A model generated the notes under the pieces. The model worked only from the letters and a program-made list of their open reading frames with translations. It was not told the origin of the DNA and ran no database searches. Below are positions 1 to 10,044 of a stretch of DNA of 21,481 nucleotides, one piece after another. Every line of letters starts with the position of its first letter. Position 1 is the first letter of the stretch. The stretch comes from Nitrosomonas europaea (GTDB taxonomy: Bacteria; Pseudomonadota; Gammaproteobacteria; Burkholderiales; Nitrosomonadaceae). The translations under genes and the position numbers were made by a program. The DNA lies in assembly GCF_900167395.1 (NCBI RefSeq), contig NZ_FUWK01000044.1, positions 1 to 21,481 of the forward strand, written 5' to 3'.

Positions 1-277
1 TGGCTGTTTTCAATATCTCATTGGCTCGGCGCAGTTCCCTGTTCTCACGCTCCAACGCCTTGAGGCGATCACGTTCACTGCTTGTCAGACCTTCGCGTGC
101 GCCATTGTTAATTTCGCTACGTTTAACCCATTCCAGCAACGTGGAGGGCACACAGCCAATCTTGGGTGCAATTGATTCAACCGCCGCCCATAGCGATGGA
201 TATTCGCCTCGATGTTCCTGTACCAGACGAACAGATCGTTCACGAACTTCAGGGGAAAACTTTGTTTGATTGCTCAT
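1..277 (-). CDS. IS3-family transposase OrfA (HTH plus leucine-zipper region), 3' end outside the window
   Basis: Hand translation of the reverse complement of 1-277 gives [92 protein letters not shown] with no stop. This is the classic IS3 OrfA pattern (..FSPEVR.R.VR.V....[12 protein letters not shown]). It is absent from the ORF track because it has no stop inside the window. Confidence 0.9.
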   Translation of the reverse strand, partial: MSNQTKFSPEVRERSVRLVQEHRGEYPSLWAAVESIAPKIGCVPSTLLEWVKRSEINNGAREGLTSSERDRLKALERENRELRRANEILKTA

Positions 278-327
278 GGCTCCATTCTCTCAAAAGTTGG
301 AGCCTCCTCAAAACCCGGGGCGATTCA
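1..327 (-). mobile_element. IS3-family insertion sequence, one terminus only (element continues past the window start)
   Basis: The minus-strand terminus TGAATCGCCCCGGGTTTTGAGGAGG (reverse complement of 303-327) matches the TGAAyCGCCCCGGG-type terminal inverted repeat I recall for IS3-group elements. It lies 50 nt upstream of an IS3 OrfA start codon at 277. Confidence 0.8.
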
Positions 328-992
328 TACGAAGGCGCGATACCAGCCTTGATCAAGCCATCTTCGACCATCCGGCTGCGCATATTCTTCAGCACGCGCA
401 CCATAGGTTTTAGCCACTTGGATGAAGCCTGATGCTTCGCTGTCAGGTTTGCGGAGTGCTGCTTCGGGTAGTTCGCGATTCGCTCGCCGGTAGCGTTGAA
501 GAAGCAGATGCCTTCGACGTACTCAGAGTCGCTCGCTGACCGGAATTTGAAGTAGCGCCGGAATTGCGTCGCGACAATCACGTCCGACTTGCGACGTGAA
601 CCGCTCGCGTTGATGGCAATCGCCTTGTCGCCAGCTTTCACGGCCGAGCCGTATTGCCCCTCAAGCACCGACAGTACGTCCCGCTTGAAGTCGGCATGTG
701 TGTAGGTCGCGTCGTTGAAAGCCTGCTTGTAGGCCGACTTTTCGTCGTCGGACAAAGATTCGAGATCGCTGTGAAAGCAGTCGTCGAGCCGGATGACGAT
801 GTCCACATCGCTCTCGGCGTAGATATTCGTGTCGTTGCCGTACGAGCCTTGAAGGAACACCTTGAAGTTCTTGCTGGCATACGGCGTGGTGCTGGCCTCC
901 AGAACGCTCTTGATCGTGTTGTAGGTGGTACTCGACTGTGTGATCGATCCCTGGTGGGACCACGTTTCGAGCTGCGATTCTGAAATTGGCAT
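249..992 (-). CDS. SMODS/CD-NTase-like nucleotidyltransferase (CBASS cyclase candidate), C-terminus replaced by read-through into the IS3 end; probably a pseudogene
   Basis: It carries a pol-beta NTase signature, GSYGNDT...SDVDIVIRL, with a later KSDVIVAT acidic strand and a YPKQH...[14 protein letters not shown] helix typical of SMODS/CD-NTase folds. It sits 14 nt downstream of a patatin gene. After ...GIAPSY (codon at 327-329) the reading frame enters the IS terminal repeat. The last 25 codons ([25 protein letters not shown]) are therefore IS-encoded. Confidence 0.75.
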   Translation of the reverse strand: MPISESQLETWSHQGSITQSSTTYNTIKSVLEASTTPYASKNFKVFLQGSYGNDTNIYAESDVDIVIRLDDCFHSDLESLSDDEKSAYKQAFNDATYTHADFKRDVLSVLEGQYGSAVKAGDKAIAINASGSRRKSDVIVATQFRRYFKFRSASDSEYVEGICFFNATGERIANYPKQHSANLTAKHQASSKWLKPMVRVLKNMRSRMVEDGLIKAGIAPSYESPRVLRRLQLLREWSHEQSNKVFP

Positions 993-1006
993 CTTCTTTT
1001 CCCTGG

Positions 1007-1954
1007 CTATATCAAATACTCGCGAAGTTGCTTCTCACGCGACGCGAAGGACTCCCGTCCTCGCTGGAACAAGATGCCCAGCTTCTTGAGGTCGTGCTCC
1101 AGCAGATCGGTCGCCATTTCAGGCGTGACGTAGGAGTCGTTGATACGGATGGTCAGCAAGTCAGGGAACAGAATCTGCCGCAGCTGGTCCATCGACTGCG
1201 TGTTGATCTCCAGGGTCTTCTGCAGCAACTGGACGCTGACGAGATATTTCTTCGCCAACCACATCAGCAGGCTCGGCTTCGGGTCGGGGTAGATGCCCAC
1301 GCCGACGCTCACCAGCCGGATGTCCTTGCGATCACTCCGAAGCGCCTGAACCGCATCGGCGATCGCGTACAAAGTCGGGTTGTTTGCACAGTACCCGCCG
1401 TCAATTAGCTCGATGTCCTCGCCCATTGAAGTCCTCACTACCGTTCGCTCGAAGAACGGGTAGGCCGAGCACGATGCCTTGACGGCGTCTGCGATGCTCA
1501 CGCCAAAGCCCGGGACGAACGTGCCGACTTGGCCGTGCGCCTGCGCGACGCTGCCCTTGAAGATCATTGGGCGCTCGGTCAGCCACTTGGCCGTGACGAT
1601 CCCGATGCCGGTCTTCACATCACTGAACGTTGCATCGCCGAAGACCTCGCTAGCTAGCTTCTTCAAGGCCTGCGACCTGGCCGGAGCGGTTTTCTGCGAC
1701 ATCACGGTAGGCACGTGCTTGCGGTACAGCTCCAGGATGGAATCGACGCTGTGGCCGAGCGCGATCAGTGACGCGATGATCGCGCCCGTACTGGTACCGA
1801 AAACCAGATCAAACTTCTGGTGCAAAGGGCACCCGACCATCGCCTCGATTTCCTTGAGTACACCCAGCGTGTAAAAGCCCTTCGCGCCGCCGCCGTCCAG
1901 CGTAAGGACACGCAGTAAGGCGGACGCCCCAGGCTCATTTTTCGACTCCATCAT
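1007..1954 (-). CDS. capV: Patatin-like phospholipase, CapV-type CBASS effector
   Basis: Three patatin motifs are present: DGGGAKG oxyanion motif, GTSTG (GxSxG nucleophile) and [10 protein letters not shown] (catalytic Asp). The track starts the ORF at GTG 1972. ATG 1954 (MMESKNEPG...) is preferred because GGGAGGA lies about 8 nt upstream of it. Confidence 0.9.
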   Translation of the reverse strand: MMESKNEPGASALLRVLTLDGGGAKGFYTLGVLKEIEAMVGCPLHQKFDLVFGTSTGAIIASLIALGHSVDSILELYRKHVPTVMSQKTAPARSQALKKLASEVFGDATFSDVKTGIGIVTAKWLTERPMIFKGSVAQAHGQVGTFVPGFGVSIADAVKASCSAYPFFERTVVRTSMGEDIELIDGGYCANNPTLYAIADAVQALRSDRKDIRLVSVGVGIYPDPKPSLLMWLAKKYLVSVQLLQKTLEINTQSMDQLRQILFPDLLTIRINDSYVTPEMATDLLEHDLKKLGILFQRGRESFASREKQLREYLI

Positions 1955-1992
1955 TTTCAATGTCCTCCCCACCGATCAAGAGCGGACGCAAC

Positions 1993-2008
1993 GCCGATGA
2001 TCATCGGC
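1993..2008. repeat. Perfect 16-bp palindrome GCCGATGATCATCGGC, followed by a second palindrome GCTCAG-CC-CTGAGC (2007-2020), in the capV/WYL divergent intergenic region
   Basis: Read directly from the sequence and self-complementary when checked by hand. It lies about 40 nt upstream of the capV ATG. Its function (operator or 5'-UTR hairpin) is not established. Confidence 0.9.
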
Positions 2009-2154
2009 TCAGCCCTGAGCATGAGGCCGCTCCAGCTTCCTTGGCTTGAGGTGAAGCTCGGTGAAGTTCTGCATGGTCTCTGTATCGGTCCTCTTGTCGC
2101 TGCGCCGCCTGTGGTTATCACAAAGCGACTGATGCACAAATCAAAATAGATTCA

Positions 2155-2183
2155 TGGACATATTCTATGGCAGACCATATACT
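2155..2183 (+). promoter_or_regulatory. Candidate sigma70 promoter for the WYL-headed operon: TGGACA-N17-TATACT, with inverted repeat TATGG-N4-CCATA (2166-2179) overlapping the spacer and -10
   Basis: The -35 hexamer is 5/6, the -10 hexamer is 5/6 and the spacer is 17 nt. It lies about 50 nt upstream of ATG 2234 in the only AT-richer patch of the intergenic region. An operator-like dyad sits inside it, as expected for an autoregulated WYL repressor. Confidence 0.4.
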
Positions 2184-2233
2184 TTCCGCAACAATCCGTA
2201 CAAGCATTCGCTAACCCGAACGAGCCAGCCAGG

Positions 2234-3139
2234 ATGTCGAACGAACAGCTTGCAGATCTAACCCAGCCACAACGCGACCGGCTCGCGTTTGTGGAGTTGC
2301 GCGTGCGCTTCATCGGGGAGATACGCCGTCAGGACTTGGTTACGCGGTTTGGCATCCAGTCCGCCGCCGCATCCAGGGATCTGGCGCTGTACAAAGAGTT
2401 GGCCCCGGGCAACATCGATTACGACTCCAAGGGCAAGTCCTACGTCCTGGGGCCGGACTTCCGGCCCGTCTTCGACTTCCCCCCGGAGCGGGTGCTGTCG
2501 TGGCTAACCCAGGGCTTTGGCGATGGCGAGCCGATGCGGCTCAAGGCGTGGGTGGCCAGCGAGAGCCCGTCACGGCTCACGCATCCGGATCTGGATGTGC
2601 TTGCGAGCGTGACCCGTGCGATTCACCAGGAGTGTCCGCTCGGCATCGAGTACCACTCCATCTCCAGTGGCCGCACCGAGCGGGAAATCGTCCCGTTTGC
2701 GCTGATCGACAACGGCCTGCGCTGGCATGTGCGCGCCTTCGACCGGAAGTCCCAAGAGTTCCGAGATTTCGTCATCACTCGGATCAAGCGCCCGGTCCTT
2801 ATAAGGGATGCAGAGGTGCAGTCCCATGAGCGCAGTGATCAGGACATCCAATGGACCCGGATCGTGGAGCTGGAGATGGTGCCGCACCCGGACCAGCCCC
2901 GTCCTGAAATTACGGAGATGGACTACGGCATGGTTCGCGGGTCACTGCGGATGAAGCTGCGTGCTGCCACCGCCGGATACATCTTGCGGCAGTGGAGCGT
3001 GGACTGCTCTCCGGACCACAGTCTGCGCGGTTACGAATTCAGGCTCTGGCTGAAAGATCACCTGGCGCTGTACGGCGTCAAGAACGCTGTGTTGGCGCCG
3101 GGCTACCGCTCGCCTGACCAAAATAAGGGAGAGCAATAA
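2234..3139 (+). CDS. WYL-domain transcriptional regulator (wHTH-WYL-C-terminal extension; BrxR/CapW-like)
   Basis: The N-terminal wHTH reads RDRLAFVELRVRFIGEIRRQDLVTRFGIQSAAASRDLALYKE. The central WYL-type strand reads PFALIDNGLRWHVRAFD. At about 300 aa it matches the size of BrxR/CapW-class regulators. It is divergent from the CBASS pair and 1 nt upstream of the next gene. Confidence 0.85.
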   Translation: MSNEQLADLTQPQRDRLAFVELRVRFIGEIRRQDLVTRFGIQSAAASRDLALYKELAPGNIDYDSKGKSYVLGPDFRPVFDFPPERVLSWLTQGFGDGEPMRLKAWVASESPSRLTHPDLDVLASVTRAIHQECPLGIEYHSISSGRTEREIVPFALIDNGLRWHVRAFDRKSQEFRDFVITRIKRPVLIRDAEVQSHERSDQDIQWTRIVELEMVPHPDQPRPEITEMDYGMVRGSLRMKLRAATAGYILRQWSVDCSPDHSLRGYEFRLWLKDHLALYGVKNAVLAPGYRSPDQNKGEQ

Positions 3140-3140
3140 C

Positions 3141-5215
3141 GTGGCCTACGACCCAAAACGCGCGCTGGAACTGCTCCGGATTGGCTCCGGACGCGCCAAT
3201 GCCACTTTCCGCGACGGCCAAGAAGATGCCATTCGTCACATCGTCGAAGGCAAAGGCCGCTTGCTGGTCGTGCAGAAGACCGGGTGGGGTAAGAGCTTTG
3301 TCTACTTCATCGCGACCAAGTTGCTGAGGGAAGCTGGGGCCGGCCCTGCGTTACTGATCTCGCCGCTGCTGGCGCTGATGCGAAACCAGATCGCAGCAGC
3401 AGAGCGGATGGGGGTTCGCGCCGCCACCATCAACTCCGACAACATGGATGACTGGACGGTAGTCGAGGGCAAGCTGGCCAAGGGGGAGATCGACATCCTC
3501 TTGATCTCGCCGGAGCGCCTGGCGAACGAGCGCTTCCGGACGCAGGTTCTGGCCGGCATCGCTGCACAGATTTCGATGCTGGTCATCGACGAGGCGCATT
3601 GCATTTCCGACTGGGGTCACGACTTCCGCCCTCACTATCGCCTGTTGGAGCGGATTGTCAAAACGCTGCCGCCAAACCTGCGCTTGCTCGCCACCACGGC
3701 AACAGCGAATAACCGCGTGATGGAGGACCTTGCTGCTGTGCTCGGTCCGAAGCTGGACGTCTCGCGTGGCGACTTGAATCGGACTTCGCTTTCACTGCAA
3801 ACGATCCGCCTGCCCAGCCAGGCCGAGCGCCTTGCCTGGCTGGCAGAGCAACTGGCCACGCTGCAGGGCCACGGCATCATCTACACGCTGACGGTTCGTG
3901 ATGCCAATCAAGTGGCTCAATGGTTGAAGACCCAAGGCTTCAACGTGGAAGCCTATACGGGTGAAACCGGCGATCGCCGAGAACAGCTTGAGCAGGCGCT
4001 GCTCAACAACCAAGTCAAAGCGCTGGTTGCCACAACAGCGCTAGGCATGGGGTACGACAAGCCGGATCTGGCGTTTGTCATCCACTACCAAATGCCGGGA
4101 TCGGTCGTCGCCTACTACCAGCAGGTTGGTCGCGCGGGACGCGCACTGGACTCCGCCTATGGAGTACTCCTCAGCGGTCAGGAAGAGTCTGACATCACTG
4201 ACTGGTTTATCCGGAGTGCCTTCCCGACCCGGCAAGAAGTTGCCGACGTCCTGGGAGCGCTTGAAGACGAGCCCAATGGGCTGTCTGTCCCTGAGCTGCT
4301 GAGCCGAGTCAATCTGAGCAAAGGACGTGTCGACAAGACGATTGCACTGCTTTCCCTCGAAGCGCCGGCGCCCATCGCCAAGCAAGGCAGCAAGTGGCAG
4401 CTCACGGCGGCAACGCTGAGTGAAGCGTTCTGGGATCGAGCGGAACGCCTCACCGCACTACGGCGAGACGAGCACCAGCAGATGCAGGACTACGTGAGCC
4501 TGCCGTTTGGTGAGCACATGGGCTTTTTGATTGGCGCGCTCGACGGCGATCCAAGTGTTGTCGCAGAACCAGCCTTACCGCCATTGCCTGCAACCGTGGA
4601 TGCCGAGCTGGTCAAAGCCGCCGTCGAATTTCTTCGTCGAACCAGCTTGCCCATCGAGCCACGCAAAAAATGGCCCGATGGTGGAATGCCCCAGTATGGC
4701 GTCAAGGGATTCATCGCACCTGCCCATCAGGCCGAATCCGGCAAGGCGCTATGCGTCTGGGGCGATGCCGGTTGGGGCGGCTTGGTTCGACAGGGTAAGT
4801 ACCACGACGGCCACTTTTCCGATGACCTCGTTGCTGCGTGCGTGAAGATGATTCAAGAGTGGAATCCGCAGCCGAGCCCGACCTGGGTGACCTGCGTTCC
4901 TTCGCTTCGGCATCCCGAATTGGTGCCGAATTTCGCGCAACGCTTGGCTGCTGCGCTGGGTCTGCCGTTTCATATGGTCATCGCAAAAACAGACGCAAGG
5001 CCCGAACAGAAAACGATGGCAAACAGTACACAACAGGCGCGCAACATTGATGGTTCGCTCGCACTCAACGGCCAGCCCATACCTCCCGGACCAGTCCTCT
5101 TGGTGGATGATATGGTCGACTCCCGCTGGACGCTAACGGTGTCTGCTTGGCTGCTGCGCAAGAATGGTAGTGGAGAGGTATGGCCGATGGCCCTTTCACA
5201 GACGGGGCATGACGA

Positions 5216-5219
<4 letters not shown>
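3141..5219 (+). CDS. RecQ-family SF2 DNA helicase fused to a C-terminal ComF/GntX-like phosphoribosyltransferase domain
   Basis: GTG start. RecQ motifs present: QKTGWGKS (Walker A), [49 protein letters not shown]. The C-terminal ~200 aa carry [13 protein letters not shown]..., [23 protein letters not shown] and [12 protein letters not shown], a PRTase/ComFC-type acidic PRPP-loop pattern. Confidence 0.88.
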
Positions 5220-6625
<1,406 letters not shown>

Positions 6626-6690
6626 CTGATGAAGACCAAACAAGAACACAAGCCGCAGTGCGACGGCATTGATATAGAAGGGCCAAGCGT

Positions 6691-8225
6691 TTGAGCGATC
6701 AACACATCACACTCAGCCAGCTCGAAAGTCACCTCTGGGAGTCAGCCAACATCCTGCGTGGCCCGGTAGATGCGGCTGACTTCAAGACCTACATCTTCCC
6801 GCTGCTGTTCTTTAAGCGCATCTGCGACGTCTGGGACGAGGAGTACCAGGAGATCGTTGATGAGACCGGCGACGAGCAACTGGCCTGGTTCCCGGAGTCG
6901 CACCGCTTCCAGATCCCGGAAGACTGCCACTGGAACGACGTTCGCACCAAGGCCAGCAATGTCGGTACGGCCCTGCAGCGCGCGATGCGCGAGATTGAGA
7001 AAGCCAACCCCGACACCCTGTACGGCGTGTTCGGCGATGCCCAGTGGTCGAACAAGGACCGGCTGTCTGATGCCTTGCTCAAGGACCTGATCGAGCACTT
7101 CTCCAAGCTGCCGTTTGGCAACAAGAACGTCAGCTCGGACCTGCTCGGCGACGCCTACGAATACCTGATCAAGAAGTTCGCCGACGCCACCAACAAGAAG
7201 GCCGGCGAGTTCTACACCCCGCGCAGCGTCGTGCGGCTGATGATCGACATGCTCGATCCCAAAGAAGCCGAGACCATCTACGACCCGGCCTGCGGTACCG
7301 GCGGCATGTTGCTGGCCGCCGTGCAGCACGTGAAGGAACAGCATGGCGACGTGAAGCGGCTGTGGGGCAAGCTGTATGGACAAGAGAAGAACCTCACCAC
7401 CTCGTCCATCGCGCGCATGAACTTGTTCCTCCACGGCATCGAGGACTTCCAGGTGGTGCGCGGCGACACGCTGCGCAACCCGGCCTTCTTCGAGGTCGAC
7501 CGACTGGCCACCTTCGACTGCGTGATCGCCAACCCCCCTTTCTCGCTGGAAAAGTGGGGCGAGGACCTGTGGCTGAACGATCCCTTCGGCCGCAACTTTG
7601 CCGGCCTACCGCCCTCATCCAGCGGTGACTTCGCCTGGGTGCAACACATGGTCAAGTCGATGGCCGACGTCATCGGCCGGATGGCCGTGGTGTTGCCCCA
7701 GGGCGCCCTGTTCCGCAAAGGTGTGGAAGGCAGCATTCGCCAGAAGCTGCTGGAGATGGATCTGGTCGAAGCTGTCATCGGTTTGGCGCCAAATCTGTTC
7801 TACGGCACCGGCCTGGCCGCGTGCATCATGGTGTGCGCCAAGCGCAAGCCGGCCAAACACAAGAACAAGGTGCTGATCGCCGATGCGTCACGCCTGTTCC
7901 GCCGGGGTCGTGCGCAAAACCATCTGGAACCCGAGCACGCCACCGAAATCCTCAGCTGGTATCGCGGCTTTGCCGATGTGCAGGACGCAGTCCCGTGGTC
8001 AGTCTCGACGAGATCAAGGCCGAAGACTGGACGCTGAACATTTCGCGCTATGTCCTGCCGCCATTGCAAGAAGACATCCCACCGCTGCCCGATGCCATCG
8101 CGGCATTCAAGGACGCGCTCACCCGCTGCCGTGAAGCCGAAGAGCGGCTTGCGCAGGTCATGACTGAAGGGGGATGGCTCGACACCGTTCGCCCTGAGCC
8201 TGTCGAAGGGCGGGAGCAGGCATGA
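6691..8225 (+). pseudogene. hsdM: Type I R-M methyltransferase subunit HsdM, paralogue 1, frameshifted near its 3' end
   Basis: TTG start. The frame running 6691-8037 carries the HsdM N-domain plus EFYTPRSVV, DPACGTGGML and NPPF, then ends prematurely (…FADVQDAVPWSVSTRSRPKTGR*). The expected continuation VVSLDEIKAEDWTLNISRYVLPP... lies in another frame (track ORF 7821-8225). The shift maps to the CCC run at 7992-7994. The last codons (VRPEPVEG) are encoded by the left inverted repeat of the GIY-YIG cassette. Confidence 0.8.
8185..8209. repeat. Left 25-bp inverted repeat of the GIY-YIG cassette (CCGTTCGCCCTGAGCCTGTCGAAGG)
   Basis: Its reverse complement matches 8502-8526 at 23 of 25 positions (hand alignment). 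Confidence 0.85.
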
Positions 8226-8533
8226 TGAGCTTCTGGGTATACATGCTGCGATGCAGTGACGATAGTTACTACACCGGCCATACCGACGATCTCCAGGGTC
8301 GGATCGCTCAGCATGACACGGGAGCGTTCCCAACGTGCTTTACGTTCAAACGTCGCCCGGTTGAACTGGTGTTTGCTCAAGAACACGCAACCCGAGAAGA
8401 GGCGCTTGCCTCAGAGCAACAAATCAAGGGCTGGAGTCGCAAGAAGAAGGCCGCAATGATTCGTGGTGATTGGGCTGAAGTATCACGATTGGCCCGTTCA
8501 TCCTTCGACAAGCTCAGGACGAACGGACTATGA
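8222..8533 (+). CDS. Small GIY-YIG nuclease-family protein (UPF0213/YhbQ-like)
   Basis: FWVYMLRCSDDSYYTGHTDDLQGRIAQH is a GIY-YIG motif variant, followed by REEALASEQQIKGWSRKKKAAMI. There are 4-nt ATGA overlaps with hsdM paralogue 1 upstream and hsdM paralogue 2 downstream. Confidence 0.9.
   Translation: MMSFWVYMLRCSDDSYYTGHTDDLQGRIAQHDTGAFPTCFTFKRRPVELVFAQEHATREEALASEQQIKGWSRKKKAAMIRGDWAEVSRLARSSFDKLRTNGL
8502..8526. repeat. Right 25-bp inverted repeat of the GIY-YIG cassette (CCTTCGACAAGCTCAGGACGAACGG)
   Basis: Partner of 8185-8209. It encodes the SFDKLRTNG tail of the GIY-YIG ORF. Confidence 0.85.
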
Positions 8534-10044
8534 AACGCATCAGCCAACAAGAACTCGAAAGCTACCTGTGGGGCGCAGCCGTATTGCTTCGCGGCCTCAT
8601 CGACGCGGGTGACTACAAGCAGTTCATCTTCCCGCTGCTGTTCTACAAGCGGGTCTCGGATGTCTGGGACGAGGAATACCAGGCGGCGCTGGCCAACTCA
8701 GGCGGTGACCTCTCTTACGCGCAGTTCGCGGAGAACCACCGCTTCCAGATTCCCGCTGGCGCACACTGGAACGATGTGCGTCAAACACCGAAGAACGTGG
8801 GCGCAGCTATTCAAAAGGCCATGCGCGCCATCGAAAGTGCCAACCCGGATCTGCTCGATGGCATCTTCGGCGATGCGCCGTGGACCAACCGCGAGCGCCT
8901 GCCCGATGAAACGCTGAAAAACCTGATCGAGCACTTTTCGACACAGACACTCTCGGTGGCCAACGTCCCCGAGGATGAGCTGGGCAACGCCTACGAGTAC
9001 CTGATCAAGAAGTTCGCGGATGATTCCGGCCACACGGCGGCCGAGTTCTATACCAACCGCACCGTCGTCCACCTGATGACGCAGCTTCTAGCGCCGCAGG
9101 CCGGCGAGTCGATCTACGACCCCACCTGCGGCACCGGCGGCATGCTGATCTCGGCCTTAGATGAAGTAAAGCGCGCAGGCGGCGAATACCGCACGCTCAA
9201 GCTTTACGGGCAAGAGCGCAACCTCATCACCTCATCCATCGCCCGAATGAACCTGTTCCTGCACGGCGTGGAAGACTTCGAGATCATCCGGGGTGACACC
9301 TTGGCCGAACCCAAGCACATCGAAGGCGACCGCTTGCGTCAGTTCGATGTGATCCTGGCCAACCCGCCGTACTCCATCAAGCAGTGGAATCGCGAGGCCT
9401 GGAGCAGTGACAAGTGGGGCCGCAACTCCCTGGGTACACCGCCGCAGGGCCGCGCCGATTACGCCTTCCAGCAGCACATCCTGACCAGCCTCACCGCCAA
9501 GGGGCGCTGCGCCGTGCTCTGGCCCCACGGCGTGCTGTTCCGTAACGAAGAACAGTCCATGCGCGCCAAGATGGTCGAGCAGGACTGGGTCGAGGCTGTC
9601 ATCGGCTTGGGCCCCAACCTGTTCTACAACTCCCCGATGGAGTCGTGCATTGTCATCTGCAACCGCAAGAAGGCCGCCGCTCGCAAGGGCAAGGTGATCT
9701 TCATCGACGCGGTGAATGAGGTCGCCCGGGAGCGGGCGCAGAGCTTTCTGAAGCCCGAGCACCAGCAGCGCATCCTGACCGCTTACAAGACGTTTGCCGA
9801 TGTGCCCGGTTTCGCCAAGGTCGCCACCCTGGCCGAGATCGGCGCCAATGCGGGCAACCTCTCGATCCCGCTGTACGTGAAGCGCATTGCCGCCGCCATC
9901 GCCACCGACAGCAATGATGACGCGGTATCGCTGCGCTCAGCCTGGGATCAATGGCAAGCCGACGGTCGCGCCTTCTGGCAACAGATGGATGCGCTGGTCG
10001 AAACGCTCGATGGCCTCGTCGCTCAGGAGGCAGCCGATGCGTAG
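8530..10044 (+). CDS. hsdM: Type I R-M methyltransferase subunit HsdM, paralogue 2 (intact)
   Basis: Full-length HsdM with LESYLWGAAVLLRG N-domain, DPTCGTGGML (SAM binding) and NPPY (catalytic). It is collinear with paralogue 1 but clearly diverged. It has EFYTNRTVV where paralogue 1 has EFYTPRSVV. Confidence 0.95.
   Translation: MKRISQQELESYLWGAAVLLRGLIDAGDYKQFIFPLLFYKRVSDVWDEEYQAALANSGGDLSYAQFAENHRFQIPAGAHWNDVRQTPKNVGAAIQKAMRAIESANPDLLDGIFGDAPWTNRERLPDETLKNLIEHFSTQTLSVANVPEDELGNAYEYLIKKFADDSGHTAAEFYTNRTVVHLMTQLLAPQAGESIYDPTCGTGGMLISALDEVKRAGGEYRTLKLYGQERNLITSSIARMNLFLHGVEDFEIIRGDTLAEPKHIEGDRLRQFDVILANPPYSIKQWNREAWSSDKWGRNSLGTPPQGRADYAFQQHILTSLTAKGRCAVLWPHGVLFRNEEQSMRAKMVEQDWVEAVIGLGPNLFYNSPMESCIVICNRKKAAARKGKVIFIDAVNEVARERAQSFLKPEHQQRILTAYKTFADVPGFAKVATLAEIGANAGNLSIPLYVKRIAAAIATDSNDDAVSLRSAWDQWQADGRAFWQQMDALVETLDGLVAQEAADA

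Noticed and set aside
21-432. Plus-strand ORFs 21-269 and 166-432
   Set aside because: They are antisense to the clearly recognisable IS3 OrfA and IS terminus and have no motif content.
1957-2139. A 60-aa minus-strand ORF in the capV/WYL intergenic region
   Set aside because: It has no ribosome-binding site or motif support and overlaps the capV 5' region. It is more plausibly untranslated leader or operator DNA.
2100-2150. A minus-strand promoter for capV (TTGATT ... TGTGATAAC)
   Set aside because: The -35 to -10 spacing is about 19 nt and the -10 match is poor. This is not strong enough to call. The capV promoter remains unlocated.
6626-6690. A possible intrinsic terminator or promoter in the only sizeable plus-strand intergenic gap
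   Set aside because: Only a weak 4-bp stem is present (GCCG...CGGC), with no U-tract, and I could not see a convincing -35/-10 pair. It is left unannotated.
9887-10036. The long 5' extension of the AlbA_2-type ORF given in the ORF track (start 9887)
   Set aside because: The extension lies entirely inside hsdM paralogue 2 in another frame and translates to low-complexity P/R-rich sequence. ATG 10037 gives the typical AlbA_2 N-terminus and an ATGCGTAG overlap with the hsdM stop.
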